64,000 nucleotides of DNA from NCBI GenBank assembly GCA_963699585.1, contig CAVOUK010000002.1, positions 72,811 to 136,810 of the forward strand, written 5' to 3'. Below are positions 30,271 through 39,742 of the stretch, one piece after another. How positions within the stretch are numbered: the stretch's first letter is position 1; each line of letters opens with the position of its first letter. This DNA is from Thermodesulfovibrionia bacterium (GTDB lineage: Bacteria > Nitrospirota > Thermodesulfovibrionia > UBA6902). A program made the position numbers and the translations under genes. The notes under the pieces are model-generated. The model was not told the DNA's origin. It made no database searches and saw nothing but the letters and a program-made list of their open reading frames with translations.

Positions 30271-30379
30271 AATAAATACCTTTCCATGTCCTATGTAAGG
30301 GCGAGTTTGAAACCCCCCCTACAAAAAACAAAAAACCGCATTCCCCATGGAAACATCTTTAAGGGAATACGGCTAACGT

Positions 30380-30480
30380 ACTGTCTTTCCCTTTCCTTCG
30401 CTGGTATTAGCCAGTTCAGGTTCAGAGGGTCTTCCCGATGCTCCGGAAACTCTCAGGCTCTGAAGCCTCCCCTAGGGTAT
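30380..30480 (-). promoter_or_regulatory. TPP (THI-box) riboswitch
   Basis: Minus-strand read: GGGGAGGCUUCAGAGCCUGAGAGUUUCCGGAGCAUCGGGAAGACCCUCUGAACCUGAACUGGCUAAUACCAGCGAAGGAAAGGGAA. It carries the conserved CUGAGA, ACCCU..UGAACCUGA and UAAUACCAGCG..AGGGA elements, upstream of thiH-S-G-E-C. Confidence 0.9.
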
Positions 30481-30484
30481 TTAA

Positions 30485-30514
30485 AGTATACTGCTATCAA
30501 AGAAAGGGTGTCAA
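30485..30514 (-). promoter_or_regulatory. Candidate sigma70-type promoter of the thi operon
   Basis: Minus-strand TTGACA (30509-30514), 18-nt spacer, TATACT (30485-30490), a few nt before the riboswitch. Confidence 0.5.
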
Positions 30515-30650
30515 GCTCGTGAAAGCGCGGAAGTGCCACAGAGCAAAAGTCAGCGGGAAGCGATGAAGTAAATTGTAGGGAGTATCGCGACATGCCCTTT
30601 TAGGCTTTCCGCACTTCCTAACTTCCTTGCTTCCTCGCTTACTTACTTGT
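30510..30650. repeat. Phased-octamer tract pair: AAG-sense arm (30510-30575) and CTT-sense arm (30605-30648) around a degenerate GTAGGG..CCCT palindrome
   Basis: Right arm GGCTTTCC GCACTTCC TAACTTCC TTGCTTCC TCGCTTAC TTACTTG, with CTT at 30622, 30630, 30638 and 30646. Confidence 0.7.
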
Positions 30651-32558
30651 TTTCACACAATTCAGCATTCCACCCGCAAGGACTATCTTCCTCTGTCTTT
30701 CGCTGAGGCCGTGCTCTGCCTTATAGTTCGTCCCTGTGTTCACATTCCTGAACGTGACTTCTGATGATTCTCTGACGTCTTTTGCAAGGGATGAAAATTC
30801 CAGTTCAGCATCCTGGGCAATTGAATCATACACATCTGGTGGTACTGTCAGGGGGAGGATGCCGAAGTTTATCAGGTTGTCTTTATGAATACGTGCAAAT
30901 GACTTGGCAAGCACAATTTTAATCCCGAGATACATCGGTGCAAGGGCTGCATGCTCCCTGCTTGATCCCTGACCGTAATTATTTCCTCCGAGGATTATGC
31001 CGCCGCCTGATGACTTCGCCCTCGATGGAAATGTCGGATCCACCTTTGAAAAGACAAATTCAGATATTGCAGGTATATTCGACCTTAACGGAAGTATCTT
31101 CGCGCCTGCCGGCATTATATCATCGGTGGTTATATTGTCTCCTGTCTTTAGAATCACCTTGGCCTTCAACGATTCCTCAAGCGCTCCCCTTACAGGCAAG
31201 GGTTTAATATTCGGGCCTCTCTCAACTGTTACCTTTTCAGGTTTCTTCGCCGGCGGAATGATCATCGAGTCGTCTATGGCAAATCTTTCAGGAAGCGCAA
31301 CCTTGAGCGGTCCCTTTATAAAATCACGCGGGTCTGTTATCTTTCCTGTAATGGCTGACACCGCCGCAGTCAAAGGACTGCACAGGTAAACCTGGTCATT
31401 GGCGGTGCCGCTTCTTCCGGGGAAATTCCTGTTGAAGGTCCTGAGAGATACAACGCCTGTTGCCGGGGCCTGTCCCATTCCTATACAAGGGCCGCAGGAG
31501 GACTCAAGCACTCTCGCACCTGCGGAGACAATGTCCGACAATGCCCCATTCTCTGTTATCATGCGAAGCGCCTGCCGTGAGCCGGGGCTTACAGCAAGGT
31601 TCACATCAGGATGGACCTTGTGCTTTTTAAGTATCTTTGCCGCAAGCATAAGGTCCGCATAAGAAGAATTAACACAGCTTCCGATGCACACCTGCCTTAC
31701 AGGCGTGCCTTTCAGGTCCTTTACCCGCTTCACATTATCAGGACTTGAAGGGGTAGCGATCATAGGTTCAAGCTTATCAAGTTCGATGATCACCTCTTCG
31801 TCATATGCCGCATCGGCATCGGGTAAAAGTTCTGACCAGTCTGCTCCGCGCTTCTGCGCCTTGAGAAATGCCTTTGTCTGTTCATCCGAAGGGAATATTG
31901 AAGACGTTGCCCCAAGCTCCGCTCCCATGTTCGTTATTGTCGCCCTTTCCGGTACTGTGAGATTTTTTATACCGGCGCCACTGTATTCAACTATCTTCCC
32001 GACGCCGCCTTTTACGGTCAGGCGTCTGAGGACTTCGAGGATTATGTCCTTTGCAGTTACACCTTTTTTAAGCTTCCCTTTCAGGACAACGCAGACTATC
32101 TTCGGCATGACCAAATAGAAAGGCTCTCCGGCCATCGCAAGGGCCACATTCAACCCTCCTGCGCCGATAGCGAGCATGCCCACTGCTCCTGCATTCGGAG
32201 TATGGCTGTCAGACCCTAAAAGAGTCTGTCCCGGTTTTGCGAACCTCTCAAGATGCACCTGATGACAGATGCCGTTTCCGGGCTTGGAGAAATATATGCC
32301 GTATTTGGCAGCAATTGTCTGCAGAAACCTGTGGTCATCCGCATTCTCAAACCCTGTCTGAAGCGTATTATGGTCCACATAGCTCACAGAGAGTTTTGTC
32401 TTTACCTTCGGGATACCCATTGCCTCAAACTCAAGATACGCCATAGTGCCTGTTGCATCCTGAGTCAAAGTCTGATCAATAGATATTGCTATTTCCTCAC
32501 CGGGTTTCATATTCCCGGATACAAGATGTGATGAAATTAATTTCTGCGCTACGTTCAT
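30639..32558 (-). CDS. Aconitate hydratase (aconitase family, fused large+small domains, 639 aa)
   Basis: N-terminus MNVAQKLISSHL..IDQTLTQDATGTMA; Fe-S ligand motifs GSCVNSS and SCGPCIGMGQ. Confidence 0.9.
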   Translation of the reverse strand: MNVAQKLISSHLVSGNMKPGEEIAISIDQTLTQDATGTMAYLEFEAMGIPKVKTKLSVSYVDHNTLQTGFENADDHRFLQTIAAKYGIYFSKPGNGICHQVHLERFAKPGQTLLGSDSHTPNAGAVGMLAIGAGGLNVALAMAGEPFYLVMPKIVCVVLKGKLKKGVTAKDIILEVLRRLTVKGGVGKIVEYSGAGIKNLTVPERATITNMGAELGATSSIFPSDEQTKAFLKAQKRGADWSELLPDADAAYDEEVIIELDKLEPMIATPSSPDNVKRVKDLKGTPVRQVCIGSCVNSSYADLMLAAKILKKHKVHPDVNLAVSPGSRQALRMITENGALSDIVSAGARVLESSCGPCIGMGQAPATGVVSLRTFNRNFPGRSGTANDQVYLCSPLTAAVSAITGKITDPRDFIKGPLKVALPERFAIDDSMIIPPAKKPEKVTVERGPNIKPLPVRGALEESLKAKVILKTGDNITTDDIMPAGAKILPLRSNIPAISEFVFSKVDPTFPSRAKSSGGGIILGGNNYGQGSSREHAALAPMYLGIKIVLAKSFARIHKDNLINFGILPLTVPPDVYDSIAQDAELEFSSLAKDVRESSEVTFRNVNTGTNYKAEHGLSERQRKIVLAGGMLNCVKTSK

Positions 32559-32615
32559 TGAATGGTCTCCTTCATTTACCTGAATAATAATTTATTATAC
32601 TTGATTTGCCTTAAC

Positions 32616-32680
32616 GTCATTCCAGCTTGTCCGGTAACCCCCTTTCATCCCCCTTAAATTAAGGGGGAAAGAGGGGGTTA
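32616..32680. repeat. REP-like element (GTCATTCCAGCTTGTCCGGTAAC) followed by a ~45-bp C/G-run palindrome
   Basis: AACCCCCTTTCATCCCCCTTAAATTAAGGGGGAAAGAGGGGGTTA read directly. Confidence 0.8.
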
Positions 32681-32692
32681 AACAAGAATTAA

Positions 32693-32727
32693 TTTACGAT
32701 TGCGGCGGTAATTTAGTCAAGGAGCGG
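32693..32727 (+). repeat. 35-nt direct repeat, copy 1 (TTTACGATTGCGGCGGTAATTTAGTCAAGGAGCGG)
   Basis: 32/35 identical to 35210-35244. Confidence 0.85.
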
Positions 32728-32759
32728 GGCCATTCCCCCCCTTGACCGTGTCATAAAAA

Positions 32760-32788
32760 TTGACTCCGGCAACGATGTGGGTTATTAT
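32760..32788 (+). promoter_or_regulatory. Candidate sigma70-type promoter of the toxin-antitoxin operon
   Basis: TTGACT (32760-32765), 17-nt spacer, TATTAT (32783-32788), ~33 nt before the antitoxin ATG. Confidence 0.5.
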
Positions 32789-32821
32789 AGCTATAAAGAA
32801 CCACATTATTGGGAGGATATT

Positions 32822-33052
32822 ATGAGAACAATTCAAATGACCTTGGATGATGACCTGGTAGCGGCCGTTGATATGGTTGTTAAAAAACTAAAAACATCGC
32901 GTTCTGCTTTTACACGGAAAGCATTGAAGGATGCTGTCAAGCAGGTGAATATCAACGCACTTGAAAAAAAGCATAAAAAAGGATATGAACGTTATCCAGT
33001 CGGCAAAACGGAATTTAGCGTTTGGGAATCAGAGCAGGAGTGGGGAGATTAA
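32822..33052 (+). CDS. Ribbon-helix-helix (CopG/MazE-like) antitoxin
   Basis: MRTIQMTLDDDLVAAVDMVVKKLKTSRSAFTRKALKDAVK..; GGGAGG RBS 7 nt upstream of ATG 32822 (the track ORF starts earlier at 32777); its stop overlaps the toxin start (TAATG). Confidence 0.8.
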   Translation: MRTIQMTLDDDLVAAVDMVVKKLKTSRSAFTRKALKDAVKQVNINALEKKHKKGYERYPVGKTEFSVWESEQEWGD

Positions 33053-33363
33053 TGAAGCGCGGCGAGGTGAGATGGTATAAGTTTAAAACCCCTGACAAAA
33101 AGCGGCCGGTAGTTATTTTGACAAGAAGTTCCATACTGGATTATTTGGGTGAGGTTACAGTTGCACCGATAACTTCAACAATCAGAGACATACCGAGCGA
33201 AGTGCTTTTGTCGAAACGGGACGGCATGCATAATGATTGCGCTATTAACTGTGACCACTTACAGACAGTTTCAAAGGATAAAATCGGACCGTTGATTACA
33301 GCATTATCTAAAGAGAAGCTATTTGAAATACGAAACGCTGTCTGTTTTGCTTTAAATCTTTGA
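33052..33363 (+). CDS. mazF: MazF/PemK-family endoribonuclease toxin
   Basis: MKRGEVRWYKFKTPDKKRPVVILTRSSILDYLGEVTVAPITSTIRDIPSEV.. typical PemK/MazF N-terminus. Confidence 0.9.
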   Translation: MKRGEVRWYKFKTPDKKRPVVILTRSSILDYLGEVTVAPITSTIRDIPSEVLLSKRDGMHNDCAINCDHLQTVSKDKIGPLITALSKEKLFEIRNAVCFALNL

Positions 33364-33411
33364 TTGAAGATGAGCTAATCTTCTTTTACCTTAAAAAATA
33401 TTTAATATTTC

Positions 33412-33483
33412 TGATTTGTCTTATCGTCATTCCGGCTTGTCCGGAATCTCAGCTTGTCCAGAATTTCCTTGACCGTGTCATAA
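33412..33483. repeat. Second copy of the composite repeat flanking the TA cassette (TGATTTGTCTTATCGTCATTCCGGCTTGTCCGG .. CCTTGACCGTGTCATAA)
   Basis: 33412-33444 is 30/33 identical to 32602-32634; 33467-33483 is identical to 32740-32756. Confidence 0.85.
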
Positions 33484-33643
33484 CTTTTCAGCATAATAAA
33501 CCAGTGGAATGGAAAGGGGGTTTATGGTTGATGACAGAATCGCAAGTGCTATACAGAAAATCCCCTCAAGGAACTATACGAATTATCCCATATTAATAAC
33601 GGATTATATACATAATATCTGTTAGGCTTAAAGATAAGGCTAT

Positions 33644-34309
33644 ATGAAGAACAATAAAATACACTATAAGACATCCAAGGACATTCTTCATTTTCACGGT
33701 ATCTTTGTTTTAATCTTCTATTGGATTTTTCAATTTACTGGCTATTTTCTTTACACTCGACTATGGAGCAAACTCTCAAAAGTAAATTTATTTCAAGCTA
33801 GGGATAAGGCATACAATAAAGCTACCGCATGGTGGCAAGACATTGGAGTTGTTATTCACTTGATCATTACGTGCTTGGTAGTTGCCAGGGGTTTTAATTG
33901 GCTTCTACCATCGATTTTCGTATTATCTTTTGCCTTATATTTTTTACTCGATATCTTGTGTTACCACATACGTGTACTGTGGTTCGACGATCTTGGGATA
34001 GGTTATAACGAAAATGAAAGGATGGTTTGGAGCCACCGCCGTATATTGTTTCAAGCGATTGTTAATTTTGCTGAGACGATTTTAATATTTGCAGTGATTT
34101 ATCGAGCATATATCAATGGATGTTTCTCACAAATTTTACAGAAATCTTTTTCCATTGCTACTACACTTAATAAAGGCGATTTTTCTGCGCCTATCTGGAT
34201 AGTGAATTGTCAGATTCTTATTTCAATATTTTTTTTAGTAGTGGTAATCAGTGAAATTTCATCGATAGGATATTCGCGTCCGGAGATAGGAAAAAGTTTT
34301 GAGAAATGA
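33644..34309 (+). CDS. Hypothetical polytopic membrane protein with K-channel-like pore-loop architecture and a degenerate filter
   Basis: 221 aa, AT-rich. The C-terminal segment reads TM - FSQILQKSFSIATTLNKGDFSAP - TM, where TTLNKGD aligns with the TTVGYGD signature. Confidence 0.5.
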   Translation: MKNNKIHYKTSKDILHFHGIFVLIFYWIFQFTGYFLYTRLWSKLSKVNLFQARDKAYNKATAWWQDIGVVIHLIITCLVVARGFNWLLPSIFVLSFALYFLLDILCYHIRVLWFDDLGIGYNENERMVWSHRRILFQAIVNFAETILIFAVIYRAYINGCFSQILQKSFSIATTLNKGDFSAPIWIVNCQILISIFFLVVVISEISSIGYSRPEIGKSFEK

Positions 34310-34602
34310 ACGAACGGGGGAATAGGTAACACTTTTTACCTATACTTTAAGCAAGGAGGTGCCTACAGTACGGGGCTACGTCCGGCATGAAAAAGTTCCC
34401 TGCCTGCAGGCAATAAATTTGACAAAATACTGTATCAGTTTTATTACATATTCAATTAATGCAATAGCCACTAAAAACATTTACAATTTATGTAAATGCT
34501 TTTCATAACTAAATTAAGATTTGTTCCTTCCGACGGAGTTACTTTCTTTTACCACAAAATCAAGTAACCAAAGAAAGGTGGCCCCAATACCGAGTTCTTA
34601 AC

Positions 34603-34690
34603 GGCTGTAGACTCAATAAAAAGGGAAGTAATTAAACTCCCTTCGGTCAGACACTAATTACTTCTTTATCCTTTTTATTAAGTCTACAGC
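34603..34690. repeat. Long imperfect inverted repeat / hairpin (~30-bp arms)
   Basis: Arms GGCTGTAGACT-c-AATAAAAAGG-g-AAGTAATTA and TAATTACTT-ctttat-CCTTTTTATT-a-AGTCTACAGCC around a ~20-nt loop; single copy in this window. Confidence 0.7.
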
Positions 34691-35040
34691 CTAAACTCGC
34701 TAAAGGGGAGGCATCAAATCCCCCTGCCCCTTTTTCTTAAGGGGGGAATTCAGAACAATACATTAATGTGTTTTTATTTTTTTTAATCCCCCATTGATTG
34801 TTTTAGGGATGGTTCAGGACTGAACGCGTTAAAAATTCAAAAGTGTCTGAGCGAAGCGAGTTTTTTGAATTTAGCGGGCAGGCCTGAAACAGCCCGTTTA
34901 GAAACAATCGTTGGGCGCATTTTGTTTGGTTACTTTATTTTCGGGCGTTCAAAATAAAGTAACCGGGGTTTGGGGCAGAGCCCCATTATTAATTAATATA
35001 AAAAGTCACAAATTGTGTTTACAACAACTGTAAATGTAAA

Positions 35041-35095
35041 GTAGGGGCGCCCCTACGAGAGAACACAAAAAGGGCACGTCGCGACGTGCCCCTAC
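35041..35095. repeat. REP-like palindromes GTAGGGGCGCCCCTAC and AGGGCACGTCGCGACGTGCCCCTAC
   Basis: Direct reading; same GTAGGGGC/GCCCCTAC termini as the thi-operon copies. Confidence 0.8.
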
Positions 35096-35209
35096 TATCA
35101 TCCCCTTCGCCTTCTGCATGATCTGCTGTTCGCTCCTGTAAGACAACATTTCAATCGCTTCATCTAATCGGGAACCATCTAACCTCGTCCACTTCATGAT
35201 CATGATCTT

Positions 35210-35244
35210 TTTACGATTGCAGCGGCAATTAAGTCAAGGAGCGG
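35210..35244 (+). repeat. 35-nt direct repeat, copy 2 (TTTACGATTGCAGCGGCAATTAAGTCAAGGAGCGG)
   Basis: 32/35 identical to 32693-32727. Confidence 0.85.
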
Positions 35245-35374
35245 TCCGGTTAAGTTCTGGTGACGTTTCTTGTTTTGTCGATTTTTTGTATACTTTATAA
35301 CTGTCGGGATGTTTTTAGTGTCCATTTATATATATTAGATATATGTAATGAACCATCAAATGGAAGGAGAACAG

Positions 35375-37280
35375 ATGGTAAAGCATAATATAAGCCTTTT
35401 TTCTGATCAGGACATATACCTCTTTAAAGAAGGCAACCATTTCAAGCTGTATGAAAAACTCGGCTCTCATCCCATGACCGTTGACGGGATTGAAGGGACC
35501 TATTTCGCTGTCTGGGCGCCGAATGCAGAACAGGTTTCCGTAACCGGTGATTTTAACGGATGGAGACAAGGGATCTCACAAGCTCATGCCAAGGTGGGAC
35601 GCATCCGGCATCTGGGAAGGTTTTATTCCGGGGATCGGGAAAGGGGAAATATACAAATTCCATATAGTTTCCAGATACAATGACTACAGCGTGGATAAAG
35701 GCGATCCTTATGCACTCCATTGGGAAATGCCTCCAGGACCGGCTCTATTGTGTGGGAACTGGATTATGCATGGAATGATACGTGAATGGATGGCGAACAG
35801 GCATAAATATAATTCATTGAAGGCGCCTTACGCCATATATGAAGTCCATCTCGGCTCCTGGAGACGCGTTCCTGAGGAAGGCGACAGATTCCTGAACTAC
35901 CGGGAAATAGCCCATTACCTGGCAGATTATGTGAAGGACATGGGATTTACGCATGTTGAGCTCCTGCCGATCATGGAGCACCCTTTTTACGGCTCCTGGG
36001 GATATCAGACCACAGGATATTTTGCGCCGACAAGCAGGTATGGGACCCCGCAGGACCTCATGTACATGGTCGACCATCTCCATCAGAACGGCATCGGGGT
36101 CATCATAGACTGGGTACCCTCACATTTCCCCTCTGATGAACACGGCCTCGCATATTTTGACGGCTCGTATCTCTATGAGCATGAGGACCCGAAAAAGGGA
36201 TACCACCCTGAATGGAACAGCTATATATTCAACTACGGCAGGAACGAAGTGAGAAATTTTCTTATCAGCAGCGCCCTTTTCTGGCTGGACAAATATCACA
36301 TTGACGGTATAAGAGTTGATGCAGTGGCTTCCATGCTGTATCTGGACTATGCAAGACAAAGCGGCGAATGGATACCGAATATTTACGGCGGGAAAGAAGA
36401 CCTTGACGCAATAAGCTTTCTGAAAAGACTGAATGAAGCCGTCTACAGCACATATCCTGATGTTCAGACAATGGCTGAAGAGTCAACAGCCTGGCCCATG
36501 GTCTCCAAACCGACACACGTCGGCGGACTGGGTTTTGGCATGAAATGGAACATGGGCTGGATGCATGATACCTTGAAGTATATTTCAACAGACCCTATCT
36601 TCAGGAAATATCATCACGACCAGCTTACTTTCAGTATATGGTATGCGTTTTCAGAGAACTTCCTGCTCCCCATCTCTCACGACGAGGTCGTTCACGGCAA
36701 GGGAGCGCTTATCGGAAAAATGCCTGGAGATGAGTGGCAACGGTCTGCAAACCTGAGGCTTTTATTCGGATATATGTACAGCCACCCCGGCAAAAAACTC
36801 CTTTTTATGGGTGGTGAGTTGAGCCAGTGGAAAGAGTGGAACCATGATGAGAGCCTGGAATGGCACAGCCTGAATTATCCTTTTCAGAGGGGGATAAACA
36901 GATGGGTCAGGGACTTAAACCACCTTTACAGAAACGAACCCGCATTATACGAACTTGATTTTTCAAATGACGGATTTGAATGGATAGATTTTCACGATTG
37001 GGAGCAAAGCATTGTTGCTTTTATCAGGAAGGGGAAATCTACCGGTGAAATAATTCTGATCGTCTGTAACTACACAGGAGTTCCGAGATACAGTTACAGG
37101 GTAGGCGTACCTCACGGAGGTTACTGGAGAGAGATCCTGAACAGTGATGCAGAAATATACGGAGGAAGCGGTTGCGGCAATGCCGGCGGCGTTGAAGCCG
37201 TTTCTGTACCCGTGCAGGAAAGGGCTTTTTCCCTTTCGCTTACTCTGCCTCCGCTTGGAGCATTGTTTTTTAAGAGTTAA
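35375..37280 (+). CDS. glgB: 1,4-alpha-glucan branching enzyme (GH13); one frame break near 35560-35575 plus a short compensated frame excursion at 35736-35786
   Basis: N-terminal ..[40 protein letters not shown], then ..[14 protein letters not shown].., [35 protein letters not shown]; AAGGAG RBS before ATG 35375; span 1906 nt (3n+1). Confidence 0.9.
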
Positions 37281-37312
37281 GCGTTAATAATCAGGAGCCG
37301 TTAATACTAAAT

Positions 37313-39734
37313 ATGGACAAATACATTTGCATACATGGACATTTTTATCAGCCCCCGAGAGAGAACCCCTGGCTGGAAGAGATAGAATTTCAGGACAGCG
37401 CATACCCCTATCATGACTGGAACGAGCGGATAACCGCAGAGTGTTATGCCCCGAATGCAGCTTCACGTATCCTTGACAAGGATGGAAAAATCATTGACAT
37501 TGTGAACATCTACACAAAGATCAGCTTCGATTTCGGCCCTACCCTTCTGTCATGGCTCGAAAGGCACAAACCCGATGTGTACGAGTCAATAATTGAGGCC
37601 GACAGGCTCAGCATGAAAAGGTTCTCAGGACACGGCTCAGCCATCGCGCATGCATACAATCACATGATATTACCCCTTGCAAACAGAAAGGACAAATATA
37701 CACAGATAATATGGGGAATAAAAGATTTTGAAAAAAGGTTCGGGAGATCTCCCGAGGGTATGTGGCTTCCGGAAGCTGCAGTGGATAAAGAGACCCTTGA
37801 GGTGCTTGTGAGTCTCGGGATAAAATTTACCATACTCGCACCGAGGCAGGCGCAAAGGGTCCGCAAAAGAACGGAAACCGGCAACTGGCAGGATGCAAGG
37901 GGAGAAAATATCGACCCGACAATGGCATATCTGTGCGAACTGCCTTCAGGCAGGTCCATAAATCTTTTTTTCTATGACGGCCCGATCTCGCAGGAGATCT
38001 CTTTCGGCGGTTTGTTGAACAACGGGGAAGGCTTTGCAAAAAAACTGCTTTCCGCATTCAACGATCACAGGAACAGGCCGCAGATCGTCCATATCTCAAC
38101 TGACGGAGAAACTTTCGGACACCATCACAGGTTCGGAGACATGGCGCTTTCCTATGCCCTGCATTATATCGAAACCAACAAGCTTGCGATCATTACAAAT
38201 TACGGTGAATATCTCGAAAAACACCCTCCGACGCATGTAGCTGACATTTTTGATAATTCCTCCTGGAGTTGTGTGCATGGCGTGGAAAGATGGAGAAGCA
38301 ACTGCGGATGCCATTCTGGAATGAATCCGGCATGGAACCAGTCCTGGAGAAAACCTTTAAGGGAAGCGATGGACTGGCTGAGGGACAAGCTTATCCTGGT
38401 CTACGGGACCGAGGGGGCCAAATACTTTCATAACCCATGGGACGCCAGAAACGACTACATTGAAGTTATTCTGGACAGGTCCCGTGAGAATATAGAAAAA
38501 TTCCTTTCAGAGCATTCTGTCAGAAAACTTTCAGAAGTAGAAAAGATGACAGCGCTTAAACTCCTCGAGGCGCAAAGGAACACCATGCTGATGTATACAA
38601 GCTGCGGCTGGTTTTTTGATGAGGTTTCAGGGATAGAGACTGTTCAGATCATGCAATACGCATCCAAGGCCCTTCAGTATATGGAAGAGCTTCAGAAGAT
38701 ATCTCTCGAAGAGGAATACTTAAAATATCTCGAGAAGGCCCCGAGCAATGTATTTAAAAATGCCCTGGAACCTTATGAAATGTTTGTAAAAAATGCTAAA
38801 AGCAACCTGCACCGTGTCGGGGCCCATTTTTGTATATCTTCGATATTTGAAAAATATCCTGAAAACACAAAAATCTACTGCTACAGTACAAAAACTGAAA
38901 TGTACGTCAGGAGAGAAGCAGGAAAGTTCAAACTTGCTACAGGAAAGCTGAATATCACTTCCGACATAACATGGGACGAGAAAACTATCAGTTTCACCGT
39001 ACTGCATCTTGGAGACCACAATATCAATGCCGGAGTAAAAGATTTTCAGGGGAGTGACGATTTTGCACTCATGCAAAAAGAAATGACAGCCGCCTTTGAA
39101 AAGGGCGATATTCCCGAAGTGATAAGGCTTATGGACAAACATTTTAACGGCAATATCTTTTCTTTATGGCATCTGTTCAGGGATGAGCAGAGAAAAGTAC
39201 TTGATATGGTGCTTAAATTTACCTATGAAAGCATCGAATCCTCATATCGTCAGATATATGAGAACAATTCCACTATAATGCATTTCTATCAAAATCTGCA
39301 GCACAGGGTACCAAGGCCTTTTCTTTCGGCCGCTGAATACATAATTAATACGGACATAAAAAGGATCTTTGAAAAAGAGGACCTGGATATAGAAAAACTA
39401 AAAAAACTGATAGATGAGATCAAAAGATGGTCCATTAAAATAGACTCTGTTACTATTGGATTTATTGCAAGTTCATGGGTCAACTCCATAATGCAGAGAC
39501 TGAGCGAAAACCAGGAAGACATAAGGCTGTTCGAAAAGATCGACACAATACTTGAACTCTTGAAACTTTTTGTCTCTCCCGTTAAATCTCTGGAGCGCCC
39601 AGAATATCTACTTTTCTATCAGTAAGGGCATTTTCTCCAGGATGAAAGAAGCCGCTAAAAAAGGTGACACGTCCGCTCAAACCTGGGTGGAAGGTTTTTC
39701 TAAGTTAGGGTATTATTTGTGTGTAAAGGTTTAA
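37313..39734 (+). CDS. Glycoside hydrolase family 57 protein (~806 aa); C-terminal frame break near 39585-39600
   Basis: HGHFYQPPRENPW.. GH57 N-terminus. After the track ORF's stop (39625) an adjacent frame continues LNLWSAQNIYFSISKGIFSRMKEAAKKGDTSAQTWVEGFSKLGYYLCVKV to the stop at 39732-39734; span 2422 nt (3n+1). Confidence 0.85.
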
Positions 39735-39742
39735 CAATATAA

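Larger units (their letters stand above)
34310..35340. other. ~1 kb non-coding region packed with palindromes/hairpins
   Basis: No credible ORF. Contains the 88-nt hairpin 34603-34690, GGTTACTTTATTTT-cgggcgttc-AAAATAAAGTAACC (34928-34964), AAAAATTCAAAA..TTTTTTGAATTT (34831-34872), the GTAGGGGC..GCCCCTAC palindromes (35041-35095) and the 35-nt direct repeat. Confidence 0.7.

Noticed and set aside
30220-30522. 100-aa plus-strand ORF upstream of thiH
   Set aside because: It is antisense to the thiH 5' end and the TPP riboswitch, and the conserved riboswitch sequence explains the region.
33360-33596. 78-aa plus-strand ORF after mazF
   Set aside because: Its middle (..VIPACPES..) is simply the translation of the GTCATTCCGGCTTGTCCGGAATC palindrome and the adjacent direct repeat. 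There is no RBS and no coding character.
27047-35095. Possibility that the repeated palindromes form a CRISPR array
   Set aside because: Copies are irregularly spaced (hundreds to thousands of nt apart) and separated by genes rather than unique spacers of uniform length. They belong to several different families, and no cas genes are present.
35006-35203. 65-aa minus-strand ORF in the palindrome field
   Set aside because: The C-terminal half is read straight through the GTAGGGGC..GCCCCTAC palindromes. The N-terminal 35 residues match nothing I recognise. At most it is a gene fragment.
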